Source: Phoronis australis
Taxonomy: Eukaryota > Animalia > Phoronida
Assembly: GCA_002633005.1 (NCBI GenBank)
Contig: NMRA01000110.1
Coordinates: 771,786-835,785 of the forward strand
DNA length: 64,000 nucleotides
Reading direction: 5' to 3'
Part shown: positions 51,185 to 64,000 of the stretch, piece after piece
How the letters are laid out: every line of letters begins with the position of its first letter
How positions within the stretch are numbered: the first letter of the stretch is position 1
Translations under genes and position numbers: made by a program
Notes under the pieces: model-generated
Told to the model about the DNA's origin: nothing
Database searches by the model: none
Seen by the model: only the letters and a program-made list of their open reading frames with translations

Positions 51185-51970
51185 ACAGGACAAGTCCTTG
51201 AGCGACAGAATCACTATGTCCATAGATAGCATTTGACAGGTACTAGATCTAAGTCTGCTTGCTTCTCATTCGGTGGGAACATCTGCATCCAGTCCAACGG
51301 GTGTGCCATGAGCTATCCTATTGTGGTGAATTAGTATAGCATGGGCGGTGCAGCAGTGAAAAAATGGGGGCTAAAGACCCCAACCCCCCAGCCCCCTGTC
51401 GTGCGCCGCCTATAGACAATGGGCAGCGAGGCACTGAAAATGTGGCTGCTATGCCCTCCCAACCCCCCATGGTGCGCCTCCCATGTATCTGATTTGTTCT
51501 TCACTATAGTTTCTCTTCAACTGTATGACTAACATCATTCATCGTATTTTTGTAGTATATATAGGTAGAAGCTATATATAGGTAGAAACACTGTAAAATA
51601 ATGCTATGTAATAATTCAAAACTATTTTTTATGTTACAGCCACAGTGAAAAAATAATCGTTTTCCTCAGAGTACTGTTGGGCTCGGGTCGTCACTGACCA
51701 GTGCTGATAGCATTCAGTGCCATGACAAAATAAATTACAGGTTTCAGTTCATCATTTTATTAATCTTCATCAAATATACGCTGGTCTCAAGCAAAACGTC
51801 AGACATAACGTCTAACCCAATAGTAAGGGAAATATTGAAGTTGCCGTGTGTCGTCTGGGAGATTTTAACTGTTGCCACTCCTGCGTAACATAGGATCAAA
51901 TGTTGTATGAGACAAATAACCAGTTAGGCTGTATTTAGTGACCACTATGTTAATATGCTAATCTAATACA

Positions 51971-54900
51971 TACAGCACACATCACGAATTTTTGTCCGCC
52001 CGGTCGGAAATTGGTCGACGACTGGCCGTCGACCGGTCGGCAAATTAGCCGACCGGTCGGCTAAAAATTAGGCTAAGCCGACCGGCAGGCGCCCGCAGTG
52101 CCGACTCATAAGTCGACTCCCCAGCCGACCCTTCAGCCGACCCTTTTGCCGACCGGCCATCAGCCGACCAGCTGGTCGGCTGCTATTTTTAGGCTAGAGT
52201 AGCAGTTGCGTTATAGGTTGTCAGGCTCATACCACTTTGCGTGTCGATGCATATTCGTCTTAGCACAGGGTCAAATAAATTAACCTAGTTTTGCTGTCTC
52301 GGTTACATGAGACCACGTCGGTTGTGTAACACCACTAATTCGAAGTTTGAAGGCAAGCAGTAATAATAAATATTGGATGATGGACAATGCAACAAGTTAT
52401 TGATGAAAAACGCGAAAGTTTTCATTAAATTTGATCTTTAATTTGACTCGTGACGTTAACACGTTGTATTTGATTGGTTGCTTCCTGGTCTATACAACGC
52501 TGTAGTCACTTTGTAAACGCGGCTATTTTTCGCAGTCTTCGCCCACAATTGATTTTGTTTGCGTAACGCGAAACTGCATCATTTTTGCGTTTTTTAAGTT
52601 AGTCACTGGTCTCCTATCACGCGCCCATGATGATGGATTAGTGTGTGAGTTGTTACACCTCGAGGAGCTCTCACTCCGGGGATTTTATTTTCATTAGTGT
52701 TAACCCTTGCAGTACAGACGCGAAATTTACGGTCCAGTATGCCCTAAACCCACGGCTTCGATGGCTCTAACTGCGAAATCATACTATAGTTATGATTTCA
52801 ACTTACTTGGACGGCGACATCAAACACGGAATGACTACTGTTGAGGCTACGGCCAATTCTAGCTTTGCGCATTCCGTTTTCATGTATCGGTGACGTTAAA
52901 ATCTGGGCTAGTTACAAGTACACGTACAGCCCTATCAGTTGGCCGTTCACGTTGTTCCAAGAATAAATATTTATTTTTTTTGTCAACAACATATTGACAA
53001 ATTATGTAAAATAAAACAATTGTGAACGGGAAGATGTGAATACGTGGTGAAGAGATATTTGTCTTTACGCGACATATTTGCGTGAATCTTTGGTAAAGCG
53101 ATTGCGATGGCAAAAAGTGATAGAAAATACAAGAAGGTGCACTTTTGAGAAGCAAAGCGTCTGGTGATATTTATAGCATATGATCTGGTCACCTTAGGTA
53201 GTATGTAACGCTGAATGAGAAATGGCAACTACAAAATACAAAATAAAAATAAATGAATCTTGCTNCCCCCCCCCCCCCCCTTCCCCGAGTTTTGCACATT
53301 CTAATGTGTCACCACTGGAGATTTGGTTCCGTTTCAGTCCTAAAATCGAAAGAATAATTCTTATGTTCTCAGCTGTAAGAAAAAAATACTATTTTTTGAA
53401 ACGGTGCTCAGTCTTAAAAGCGCTTCCATCATGAAATGAAATGCCAAGCACACGCAGCGTTGTAAGACAGAGACGTTGGCGTTTCCGTATGTCCACAAAA
53501 CTGCTTTGAGCAGTGTGTGCAAATTTGTTCATTTCGCTTTTCTACACTGACGACTATGGTCAAGACCGTGTTTTAAAAAAGTACACTTTTGTGGGCATTT
53601 TCAAAAATAAATGTTTGGTTGATGAATTCAGCGAGTCGGTGTCCACGGGCAGAAAACGGTATCTGCGTAAAGAAAGAGTTGCGTTTTCAAAACATTCAAA
53701 GCATGAGCTCAAGGATTACATGTACCTGAGAAAGAAAATAAAACCGAATACCAAACAGAAACTTGTCCAATGAATATATAGCTCTTGGAAAACTGTTACC
53801 CGGAAGAAATGTGCAAAATACGAACGCCATTTACGGAAGGTTGTACCAGAAGTGATTCATTGCAGTGGAGCCGGAACGGGATAGTAAAAACACTGTGCTG
53901 TGCACTAGTTAGCTGAATGGAAACCTGAAGCGGAAAAATCCAGCACACAAATTTCCTTATCATGAATGGAAATCTCTGTAGAATCAAAAACAATTGGCAA
54001 CCAGGATTTATGGTGTCAGGAAACTTATCACGCCAAGAGAGGATTGTTTTCATGCCCAGAGACTACGTGATCACCCATGCAATGGTGGCAATCCAGTGTG
54101 TACCTATACATTGGCATCTATTGTAAAACGTGGATTAGACGAAAGAAATTCAGCCGCATTTCCAAGATAATATGTCTCGTCGGCAAGAGGTGAACATTTA
54201 GCCCTTGTTTATACGTATAGTACGGACATTATCACTTTGAAGAATCAATGCTTGGGGATGGTGACGTGGTGTTCTGGCGTGTAAAGTTACTGACGCGGTA
54301 AGTTTTTGAACCTGACATATTAAAGTTTCAGTTCGGTCGTATTTTATTTTGATCCTGAAGTGAAGAACTTTTTGTCTTCACTTGATAAATTATAGGTGCT
54401 GATGTGGTAAATTTTCAGTCTTGACGTGGTGAATTTGGGTCATTATTTGTTTTTTGGTCTTCAGTGTGAAAACAATCTCAATGTATTGGATTGTTTTAAT
54501 TGCTGCTTAAGTAAAATTTCTGGTCTTGATATATTTATTTTGGTCCTGGAGAGTTAACATGTTTTGCTTGGTTTTAATCTTGCATAGAAAATATATGCCG
54601 TTAAATGTTTCAAATTAGGCCTCCCATAAATATGGGAGAGCAGGTTGTGTAGCATCGTACTTAACTTCTTATATAAATCTAGGTGTTCCTGATTTAGTAA
54701 TACTATGAAAAATGAGCAGATATGACTATGAAAATTACTAGTTTTGGATCCGGTTGAAATACTGTATCCTTTGTATATGCCTGGTGTAGATGGCTCAGTG
54801 TGATATTATGTAAGCCTTATTATCCTCTATGGCTTAACAACTGCATATCTTCATTCATGCCTGTAATAGAGGTACTCGCAGGATCATCAAGCATGTGTAT

Positions 54901-57147
54901 GTTTTTATTCTAATGAGGCGTGCTTCGAATATACAATTAGTAATCATACTTTTGCAGTGGTTCATAACAAACGGGTTCATTAAACCCAGTAAATATTTTT
55001 GCAACTGCCGATCTCCATATTAGACATGCATATTGCATCATACCTCATCAGAGTAAAACTTTTTTCAATCATAGCAGAAACACTTATTTTTATAATTGTC
55101 ACAAGAAGTTAACAAACGCAGTCAGTGTCTGTAACTGTTGTGTCTACATTGCTGATGAATTAAAGTCGGTCTAATTCCATTTTTATATCACTGATTCATG
55201 CCAAAGGTTTGAAATTGCGCCCCCTTAAGAGTTTTGACTTGCCCTGGTGATCAGTAGAATCCGATGCAATAAACTTATAGAAGTTGTTTTTAACCAGTGT
55301 AATAGAGCTGAAAATTGTGTGCGTTTTGGTTTACGAAAGTGTTCTTTTTGAATCACTGGGTTAATAATTTTTACGCTCTACGTGAAAACACAGACTACTT
55401 TTTTTAGGATTACATGTACCAGGTTACCCCGAAAATATTGTTTTCAAAGTTTTATCCCTTGGAGTATACGCGAAACGTCAAATAATGTGTTCTTACGCCA
55501 AAGGGCTCGGAAGGCTCTAGCCTTGGTGCAAAGCTGTTTACTAAATTAAATATACAAATTTGCGCCGTTGTGGGTAAAAACTGACCGAATAAAATCTTCC
55601 TAGAGTAATCTAAATTATTTATCAGCGTTGCAAAAATTAGTTTTTTACACTTATTCTGCTGCTAAAATTATGCTGTGATCTTTTTCGTCGACTTTCGACG
55701 CAATGAAATATTGCGTCACCTATTAGTCAGTTTCTTTTCCCCAGGTTCTTCAATCAAATGTTCTCCCTCGAGGTTGTGTAAACGTCACGATAAATGATCA
55801 GAATTGGTTTCACTTCATTATATGTTTGTAGAATTTTGATATCAGTGAACTGAATTTTAGAACAAATTTTGCTGAAATGTTGTCACCATCTAATGGGAGA
55901 TGTCGAAAACATTTTGAAAGAAGCGCGTGTCACGAATGAACTCTTTCAAAACGACGACATACGTTTTTTCGTTACAAAAGGCAGAGAATTACGCAAGAAG
56001 ATGACGTCGGATGTTTTTCGCTTAAACGGCCGTGACGGGCAACTTGAATGCCAATTGACTTCCAGAGTTTGCATGCACACCCGCCGGTCTTGAGCTCATG
56101 TTGATACAAGCTTTTCGACGAGATGACAAGCGTAACTATCCGGGCTGTGTGAAGTTTCGAGGTCTGTTTGAGCTCAATACGCAGTGGCACCTTGCTGTAT
56201 TTTGAAAATAGTCTGCATACAGCTAGCTGGCTAGATAGGAAGGCTCTAGCGTCGAAAAGATTTTTTACTGCGAAAGTGACAATTTCAGAATGATGATGGA
56301 TGGTAAAATAAACCGATCACAGTCTTCCGTTTTCATGTGCCCATGATTTAATATCGGCGCTATGTTCAAACCATTGTTTACATGTGTGTTGTTACTAAAA
56401 TAAACTTGGGCTCTATTGCTATACCAACATATTAACAAATTATACAGAAATGAACAATAATTATCTGTGGTAAAGCGCAATATACAGCTTGATGAAGTGA
56501 TGATCAAGAGCAATAACGGATGAGCGCAAATGCGTGCTGCTTGTTGAGCATTCCGCGGCATGAAAACATTTAAGGTCGTAAAATATCCAGTGTTGTATTC
56601 TGATTTTTATGCAATTTTGCTGTAAATGTCAAATTTCGTGCTTGTTTTTATGCATAATGTACTGTATAAAAAGTCTCATATTGAAAGTTAGAAATTATGC
56701 TTCCGCGATATCACTTAACGTTTGATTTTACCACGCCGTCATTAATTCAACATAAGGTTTTAGGCTGGTGTAATGTCACGCACTTAGTATTTGTAGGTTG
56801 ATTCGATTTTACCTCCTTTCAATAGTTGAACAAAAGTTGATAAATCGATGTCAAGACCGGAGTTGCCACTGGTAAATGAACAGCGAGCAGTTAAATGTTT
56901 GTTTGTCCAAAGTTCACCCGCTAGGTCATAAAATGGTAATTGCCGACCAAGGACACGCTTAATCCGAATTGGTCGTCTACGCTAGGCGACCACTTAGCCG
57001 ACCCAAGTGCCGATCATAGAAGCGACTCAGCAGACGGCTCCTAGCCGACCGGTGTTGGTCGGCTATTGGTTGGCTAGACGACCAGTCGACGGCTGGTCGT
57101 CAACCATTTTCCGACCGGTCGGACAAAAATTCGTGATGTGTGCTGTA
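51971..57147. mobile_element. 5.2 kb non-autonomous DNA transposon with long TIRs and gccgacc subterminal repeats
   Basis: tacagcacacatcacgaatttttgtcc (51971-51997) is perfectly inverted at 57121-57147, and imperfect pairing extends to ~70 bp. Many gccgacc/ggtcggc motifs at both ends. The terminal TA may be the TSD. No transposase recognised inside. Confidence 0.88.
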
Positions 57148-58129
57148 GGACTGTTCCTTTAATGCCAGAGTACCAAGCTTGAGGATCACGTCATTTCCTC
57201 AACCATAATCTTATTGTTATTGTTATTTCGTAGACTACACATTTGAAACTACTGAAACTACAGATATTTGAGTCCAGCACCTGAACCACTGCACCAAGGA
57301 GTTGTAACACGCCACCACATCAGTCCGGTTTTAGAAAGTAATTAGATATTTTGATACTTTAAATTTGAGTTTACCTTTATGATGCCATTCATTGTTGATA
57401 TATTCTGTGATTTGTTTAATCATTTGCTTTTTTCTGCAATCTGATATTAATACCCTCATTTAGACACGAGACAGTAAAGATATTATGATTATTTGGTAAG
57501 CCAAGAAAACCTGCTGTGCACCAGCGCATCGTTATATAGGTGCGCACCGTGCTTTACTGAAATGTTATAATCCCTTTCAAGAGCCTCTCAAATTCATTCG
57601 TGTTTGTTTTGAATGTTGTGCCTTAAATTAGTGGCATAGGATGATATTTTTTTCTGTAGTGGGAGTGAATATAATTTGATCTTCCTGAGTGAAAAGTGAT
57701 TCCAGCACCACTTATCTGATATCAGGTGAATTTTGGTTCTTGAAAATGTTAACGACTAACAATAATGCATAAGCAAATCCCCTTTCGAAAGAACCACTGA
57801 CAACTGAAACTAATAATTTGGCCTCATAGTGGCATCGATAAAGTCTTTCTCAGGTGTAGACTGACACTGGTTTTAGTCTAACATATTTTGTTTGGCTTTT
57901 CAATTTGTTTACAGCATGCATTTCGTGCACGATGCTGGTAGCTTTCGGACACGCGCACCTTATTTTCCATGATACACAGGCTTAGCATAAGCAAATAATA
58001 AATCATTGCCCACCTGTGGGTTGTTTATCTGGTAGCGCTAAAAATTTGTTCTATCGCCAGGATTACGACTGACGACTTAACTGACCAATCAGAACGCAGC
58101 GTTCTTGGCATACCTTCCTTTGCGTTCCC

Positions 58130-58700
58130 CTCGCTGGTTCCCTGCGTGCCGCTAGATGGGGCGGTAGCCGCGCCAGCACGCAGGTATCACTTAATTTTCC
58201 TCGGTAAATTTTTTTACACCGGCGTTTCTGATTGGCTAGTCGAATTCTCAACAGGCAGCGCTTTGCGCAAACAAAGTGGCATGACTGATGGACTGAAGTG
58301 TAAATGTGGTCTGTTGTACAGACAAATCGGTGCTTAAAATTATGTTCAGGAAATGTGAAGCCTAGAAATTGTAATATTGAGCCTTTTCGGAATACATCTT
58401 TCTACTGTCGATGACTTTTGTTTACGATAGTGTCGTTATACAGTATGAATAACACACCGGTTAAATCGGCCACATAATATGTGTTTATTGTGCATGTACA
58501 GTGTATGTGCTTCAAGCACGCGGCTATTAAACATCACTTCAGAAACGACAAGGCTAAAAATCGTTCACAGTCCGCCATTTGTTTCACGGTGTTGTAAACC
58601 TAACCAATGACTGCCAAGATTACATCGACCAATGCTAAAGCACGTGCCACTACGTGATACCTGCGTGCTGGCTGGGCTAAGCACGCAGGGAACCAGCGAG
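58130..58700 (+). mobile_element. MITE with 20-bp TIR and 10-bp TSD (Mutator-like), copy B
   Basis: Same TIRs and body as 36786-37375; perfect TSD ttgcgttccc (58120-58129 and 58701-58710). Confidence 0.93.
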
Positions 58701-61700
58701 TTGCGTTCCCAAGCCGACATTTTACCTGGCAAACAAAACGTTGACGTGTAAAACTTATTTTAATCTGTAGCTCAAGAAATTGAGTGAAAAGAGTGGTGAC
58801 ACGGTGTTGACATGGCGTGTGTAATTCTGACAGCCATCATGCAGCTCGAGAAGAATATCCCGTCATTTTTGGGCATTCCCTAAGCCCAAAAGTGATGTCG
58901 AAAGGTTAAAACTATGTATCAAACTTTTCGGTCGGCCGCGTACACGAGCAGCTGAACTTGGCAATGTTGCTTCATTTCTCGAAGGTTAAACACTTATAGT
59001 GTATATTTGTTCCAAGATACACACTAGTTGAGTTTTGGGGCTATAGACACACTTTAAGAAGCCAGTGACAGTGTTAGAACCTAGAGACTCAGCAGTTACA
59101 GTGTTGGCGGTCACCGTGTCATCAAGGAGAAGTAATAGAGATGGCAAGTTACTGGATCGAATTTTTTTAGTGGCATGGACATCTATGGGCTCATTAAAGA
59201 CGACCCTGCTTTCTTCGAGCACGTCGATTGTAGTATTTGCCATTCACTCGATTATATGGGCTCTTTATAGCAACTTACTGTCTCGTTATAAGGAGTTAGC
59301 TACCTCGTTGAATTTTCAAGGAGATTTAACTGTTGAATCTACGTTTTTGTGCACGATACATGTATGCTATCTCGTTAAAATAATTGCACGGCAAGTCGAG
59401 TTATTATAACATGCATTAAAGACAATAACTTGAAAGTGTGTTTCAGGTGGGTCCTTTTTATGTAAAATGCCCGCGCCCCTAAAATTTAAATGTACAGTGC
59501 GCTCGTCAAGGAAATGACGTCAATGAAATGGAACTCCCAGGCCGTATATTAAAATTCTAAGCACTAAATCACACAATCTGAAAATGTGGTACAGTACATG
59601 TACATATTCAATAAAATTGACAGTATCAGTGACGCTAGTCGTCCCAAATGCGTCACCACGTGCCAGCTTTGTCACAAACCTAACGCCATTTTTATCTCAT
59701 GTAATAGCCAAATTCAATTTTAAAAAGTCTGCAGCAATCGATACTGTGCTGGGCGAATTATACCGCAAAACACTGTGTGTTTCGGTGTAGTTTTGCATAT
59801 GGCATCTCCGGTCACTCCTCTGTTTGCGTTTTAATTATTCCAGTAGCGCATGAACTATTGCGTCTGTGGAAGATCAACTGTTCCTAAGTGGCAACACCCT
59901 GACGATAATTCAGCACAAGCCACAGTATGAGCCGTGTACATGTACATGTATATTGGGCGCATACATGTAAGTCGGGCGTGCGGTCCGTACAGGTTGTTGA
60001 GTCGGGGTTTGTACCGGTGTACCGCAGATCCCTATATTCCCCCAACCGATGTTTCCTCGTTCCTAAGGCCATGTTTTACAAGCTCTAAATGAACATTCCC
60101 CCGACCAGATGTTCCCTGGCTCGATTTTTCTCGCCCCGATGTTCCCTCGTCCTTTCCCATATTTCTGTATACCCGCATGCATCGCCGTTGGTTTAAACAT
60201 GCGTCTTTAACTCAAGTTGTGTTGCGTTTTTCTGTAGTTTGTCACTGACCACTTGCTGTGTTAAATCGTTCTTATTACTATAAACCCGAGCTGCTTTGGT
60301 TCGTAGTCACAGTTATAACTGAACTTTGTTACTTAGAGCCTTTTGATGACGACCCGTCATGAATGAACAAAGTGGCGGCTCGTCATCGAAGGGCTCTCCA
60401 TAGTAACTAATGTACCTTAGACTTTAGCTGTTGGTTTGGTTTAACTGCTCTTAATTCTTTTGTTTTTACAAACTTGTATTATTCAGAAGAAGGAGAGGAT
60501 ATTCAACAATGGGGCTTTCATCGAGCTATTGGTGCTTTCAGTCACGGTTACTGAACTTCGTTTTAACACAAGTGAGAAATGAATTGCTAAAGGTGAACCA
60601 AACTTGCTGAACTTGAGTTCCCATAAGCATTAACCAAATGTACAGTGTTAAGGGGTGTGCAGGCTTAAATTCTCACATAGTCCAAAACTGACACTTTGGG
60701 TGAGCGCTGAAGGCTCAATTTGCAACAATTTGCCCAAATTGTCACAACACATTTGCATGTGTCATCATTGCACAGACCGGAATTGTCACAATAACGTAAG
60801 CTGTGTCAGGGGATTATTCTCGCATAAAAGATTGGAATTCCTGCCAAAAAGGCGCACTTTCTTAATTCAAGAAAAAAAACACTATTCGATTTAAAACTAG
60901 TATACTAGATGTTGCATAGGTAGTGGTTCACAGGAGTACTCCAGATTCAAGCGTGTACATAACATAGACCGTAAAGGCCGGGTTTCGCATGTGTCGGGAG
61001 GTAAAGAACCACTCTTAACATGCGTGCTAGCCCGTACCACACAGCGCAACCAAAACTCCAACCACAGTCAGGAACTCTTACGACCAGCTTCTGTATGGTT
61101 CTTCTTTATGCGTGCGTGATATGAATACCAGTGTGTCTGAGGTTGAAGTTCTGATTCTGTGGTAAGCACGTTTTGGGTGTGGTTTGAGTTTTTTGCCCTG
61201 TCTGATACATGTAAGTGGGCTTCCACTCCTGAACAGTCTTGTATTGGTACAGTGAATAATTAATTACGCAGGCAGTCTTGGTTTTCTAGTAAAGTCTTGA
61301 CTTATTTTAACGATCGAACATGTACAGTGATTGTAACCAACTGTGCATTGTAAAAGAGAACGTTTGAGTACTCATATATTAACACTTACTGTAGTTGAAA
61401 ACACGACTAAACATCTTGTTTGAAAGATTCATGCAGAGTGGCTGGTAGTGTCGAAACAATCTCCTTTCTTCAGGCGAGCAGGTTTGTAACAAAACACCGA
61501 GATACATAACAAGCAAACAAATTAAAACACCAGCTATATTACGAGACTACATGTCTTACCATCAGGCAATGCCGGTAATTCACATATACGAAACGAAATA
61601 AACAATAAAATGCACGTGACAGCATAATAAGAGGGTCATGTAACCAGAGAGCGTGAATGTATCACAGGGTAGAAAGCCCACAGACCTAACCGAACAAAGC

Positions 61701-61849
61701 CAGCTTGCGGTACACACCTACATTTACATGTATAAGCTGCTCATTTAATTTAACAGGTTTTTCGTGACTGATCCGAATACTGATTACAAAATCTTCAACC
61801 GAAGTGTGTTATTTTCAACATTGCAAATGGTGGTATTGGGTATTGTTTC

Positions 61850-62830
61850 TTGACTAGTTATTTTTCGGCCGCTTTGGTGTACAAAATGAATGGGCCCGTC
61901 TTGCAAGTGCTTGGACAACTGTCACGAGAGGGAGACGTCGTACAGGAGGATGAGGACAGACATCCTTCCATATAACCTGTGAATTGGTAAACAACATTGC
62001 ATTTGGCCACTGGTCGTAATCTTTCACGACTAAGATTGTTTTTCATGACATGGTGTCGTGGCTTTATATTCTGATAACAAACAATTAACATTCAATTTAT
62101 CTCCAGGTTTGACCACCTTAACGTTATCCCTTGCAATCTGCTTAAGCATGAAATTCGTCACTTAGATAATTATTGTACATACAGCTCTTATAATACACGT
62201 TCTAAGTGGTACCAGTACTAGGTTCAGTGTAAACATGAGTGTCAATCCTAGATATTAATCACCCAACGTGGTTATCGACAAAAGAATTAGTATAACCATT
62301 GTTAACTAGAACTTGTTTTATGCGTTGAACTTAAAGGTTAAATGCTTGCAAACCAGATGATATCTGGTGCGCCTTCTTGAGGTAACTAGTCAAAATCCCT
62401 AGTTTGTAGCGTTCAGGGCAGTCACTTTTAACATGTCAACAAACAATAATATCTGTAATTTTGTGATTAACTGAAGTACGAAACCCAGTCAGAAAAATGT
62501 AGGAGGACATCAAGAAAAGTCAACTTTTCACAGACGAGCAATTCATTCGTGAATTTTATTATACATTTGTATTCAACAAGGCCTCAGGGACAACAGTTCT
62601 TCGCGCTGTATATCAACGTCATGACGGACATACATGGAAATTCCGCCGATATGATGAGAACCCGTTCAACTTCTGACATGTAAAATTCTGAAAACGTTAG
62701 CCCTAACGGGGAACCCATACTGACGCTGTCTTCACTGTTTTGTCCATCCTGTCGGCGATTCACTAACTTCATATGTGGTGCAGTAAACGTAGTTACATGT
62801 AAATCCTCACAAATGCTCAGCGTCACTCAC
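61850..62830 (-). mobile_element. Degenerate Penelope-like retroelement (RT plus GIY-YIG remnant)
   Basis: DSVSMGSPLGLTFSEFYMSEVE (RT motif, ORF 62584-62826); DCPERYKLGILTSYLKKAHQIS..RIKQVLVNNGY (~62290-62425); VMKNN..NVVYQFT (start of the GIY-YIG domain, ORF 61858-62091). Confidence 0.8.
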
Positions 62831-63157
62831 TGTTAAAACTCGTTTTCAATCGGTCAGAGTTTTTGCAAGACATATGAAAATGCCAGCCATTTTCCTTAAG
62901 GTCTTAAAGTCGTGACTGTGTCGCCCTCTGTCTTATGGAAAGGGAAACAGAATAAGGCCAATCAAAATTATTGGTTTTTGTAAACAACAGCTTTAGATAT
63001 GAAAAAGACCGCTTGTAGTTGTCAATAATCCAGTTTTAATTCCACCAGTTAATATGGCTAATCTCTTTTAAATGCAATAAATAAATAACTTACTTCATAC
63101 TAAATCAACAACATTTTTAAGTGAGAGTTCAATTTTAAAATACTACAATTGTTAAAC

Positions 63158-63412
63158 CATGCGTGCACCCAGGGGGGCTCGGGGGGCTCGAACGATCCCC
63201 CCATTTGGCGAAGTGGGCAAAAAAGTCCGCCATTGAAAGACAAAAGTCCGAGAAATTAAGACATAAGTCCATTAAAGATGCGCAAACGCGTAATTCACAG
63301 CGGTGCTTCCGTTTTTCTTTAGTCCGCCCACTATTTTGTTACCAAAGGTCCACAAAGCCACAAAGTCATGAATCCGAGCCCCCCCCCTTATTGAAGGCTG
63401 GGTGCGCTCATG
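63158..63412. mobile_element. Small MITE with G/C-run subtermini and 5-bp TSD
   Basis: catgcgtgcaccca / tgggtgcgctcatg termini; taaac on both flanks (63153-63157 and 63413-63417). A related right end lies at ~37862-37889. Confidence 0.7.
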
Positions 63413-63525
63413 TAAACTGAATAAATTTTCAACATGTTAAGAGCAGCCGATCCTCTTTCTCATGTCTTACTCCTTTTGGAGCTGGCTCTGATGACATGAC
63501 ACGCTATGAAAGGGGAAGAAAAATG

Positions 63526-64000
63526 TGTTGTGCCACCTTAGTGCTGTAGCATCACAGCAAAATCTTACAGCAGGTGAGTCCAGTGGCTGCAGTCTTGAAT
63601 TACACGTTTTCCCCAATTAATTATCACTACAGACGCACACTCGCGTAGTTGCAGTGTGTTGTGTATTGGCAATGCTACTTGTGGTTTTCCTTAGAATATA
63701 GTCACGTGGTATTTATGCCCACAAGCCACGTGCTCATCCCCTTCTTGTATTAGTTCTCCAAGCGAATAGACGTATTATATTTTACTCTCATCTGTGTTGT
63801 TTTACTGGTTCTACGAACACAACATTTTGGCGACTAGGATAAAAATGGAAGATCTTGCGATTAAACCATTTATTCTTCATCCCACGGAGTCGGCTGGTTC
63901 CCGTTGGGACTTGTGGATTAAGCGACTTGACAATTATTTGGTGGCAAAGAACATTACTCAGGATCCGCGCAAGAAAGCCACGCTTCTGCACTATGCGGGG
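63526..64000 (+). mobile_element. 5' end of a Ty3/gypsy LTR retrotransposon: LTR 63526-63824, PBS 63828-63840, gag from 63844
   Basis: LTR bounded by TGTTGTG...CACAACA; PBS tggcgactaggat is one mismatch from the complement of the animal tRNA-Ser(GCU) 3' end (TGGCGACGAGGAT); an open gag-like frame follows immediately. Confidence 0.9.
63844..64000 (+). CDS. gag: Ty3/gypsy Gag N-terminus (truncated by the window edge; not in the ORF track)
   Basis: MEDLAIKPFILHPTESAGSRWDLWIKRLDNYLVAKNITQDPRKKATLLHYAG matches the typical W..W..R...YL.A..I....K.A.LLH..G gypsy gag pattern. Confidence 0.85.

Noticed and set aside
2291-63991. Most 60-100 aa ORFs in the supplied track
   Set aside because: They are antisense or alternate frames of the genes and transposons above, or chance ORFs with GTG/TTG starts in non-coding DNA.

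Overview
AT-rich, repeat-dense animal genomic DNA, most likely a marine invertebrate; the taxon cannot be fixed from the sequence. Only two host gene types are recognisable. (1) An intronless TRIM-NHL gene (RING, B-box, coiled coil, NHL) at 438-2198(+), whose last NHL blade is frameshifted. (2) Two tandem copies of an unusual gene on the minus strand: N-terminal TPR-like helix, Pol-beta-superfamily nucleotidyltransferase of GlnD/DUF294 type (GS-x10-D-I-E), helical bundle, TPR repeats, then two C-terminal transmembrane helices. The copy at 27840-30860 is intact (~1000 aa); the copy at ~9234-12133 is a pseudogene. Both lie in a direct segmental duplication (8816-22101 and 26840-46714). Between the copies, dead LINE DNA is ~95-96% identical, the enzyme domain ~90% and the TPR/TM half far more diverged (by-eye estimates), including a whole-TPR in-frame indel and an apparent patch from a third paralog. 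This conserved-enzyme/variable-sensor pattern beside a TRIM gene is the best candidate for an undescribed system: a membrane-anchored nucleotidyltransferase immune or allorecognition receptor family. The rest is transposon DNA: an Academ-like remnant, CR1/L2-type LINEs, Helentron-like tandem arrays, several MITEs with clear TSDs, a 5.2 kb TIR element, a Penelope remnant and the 5' end of a Ty3/gypsy element.
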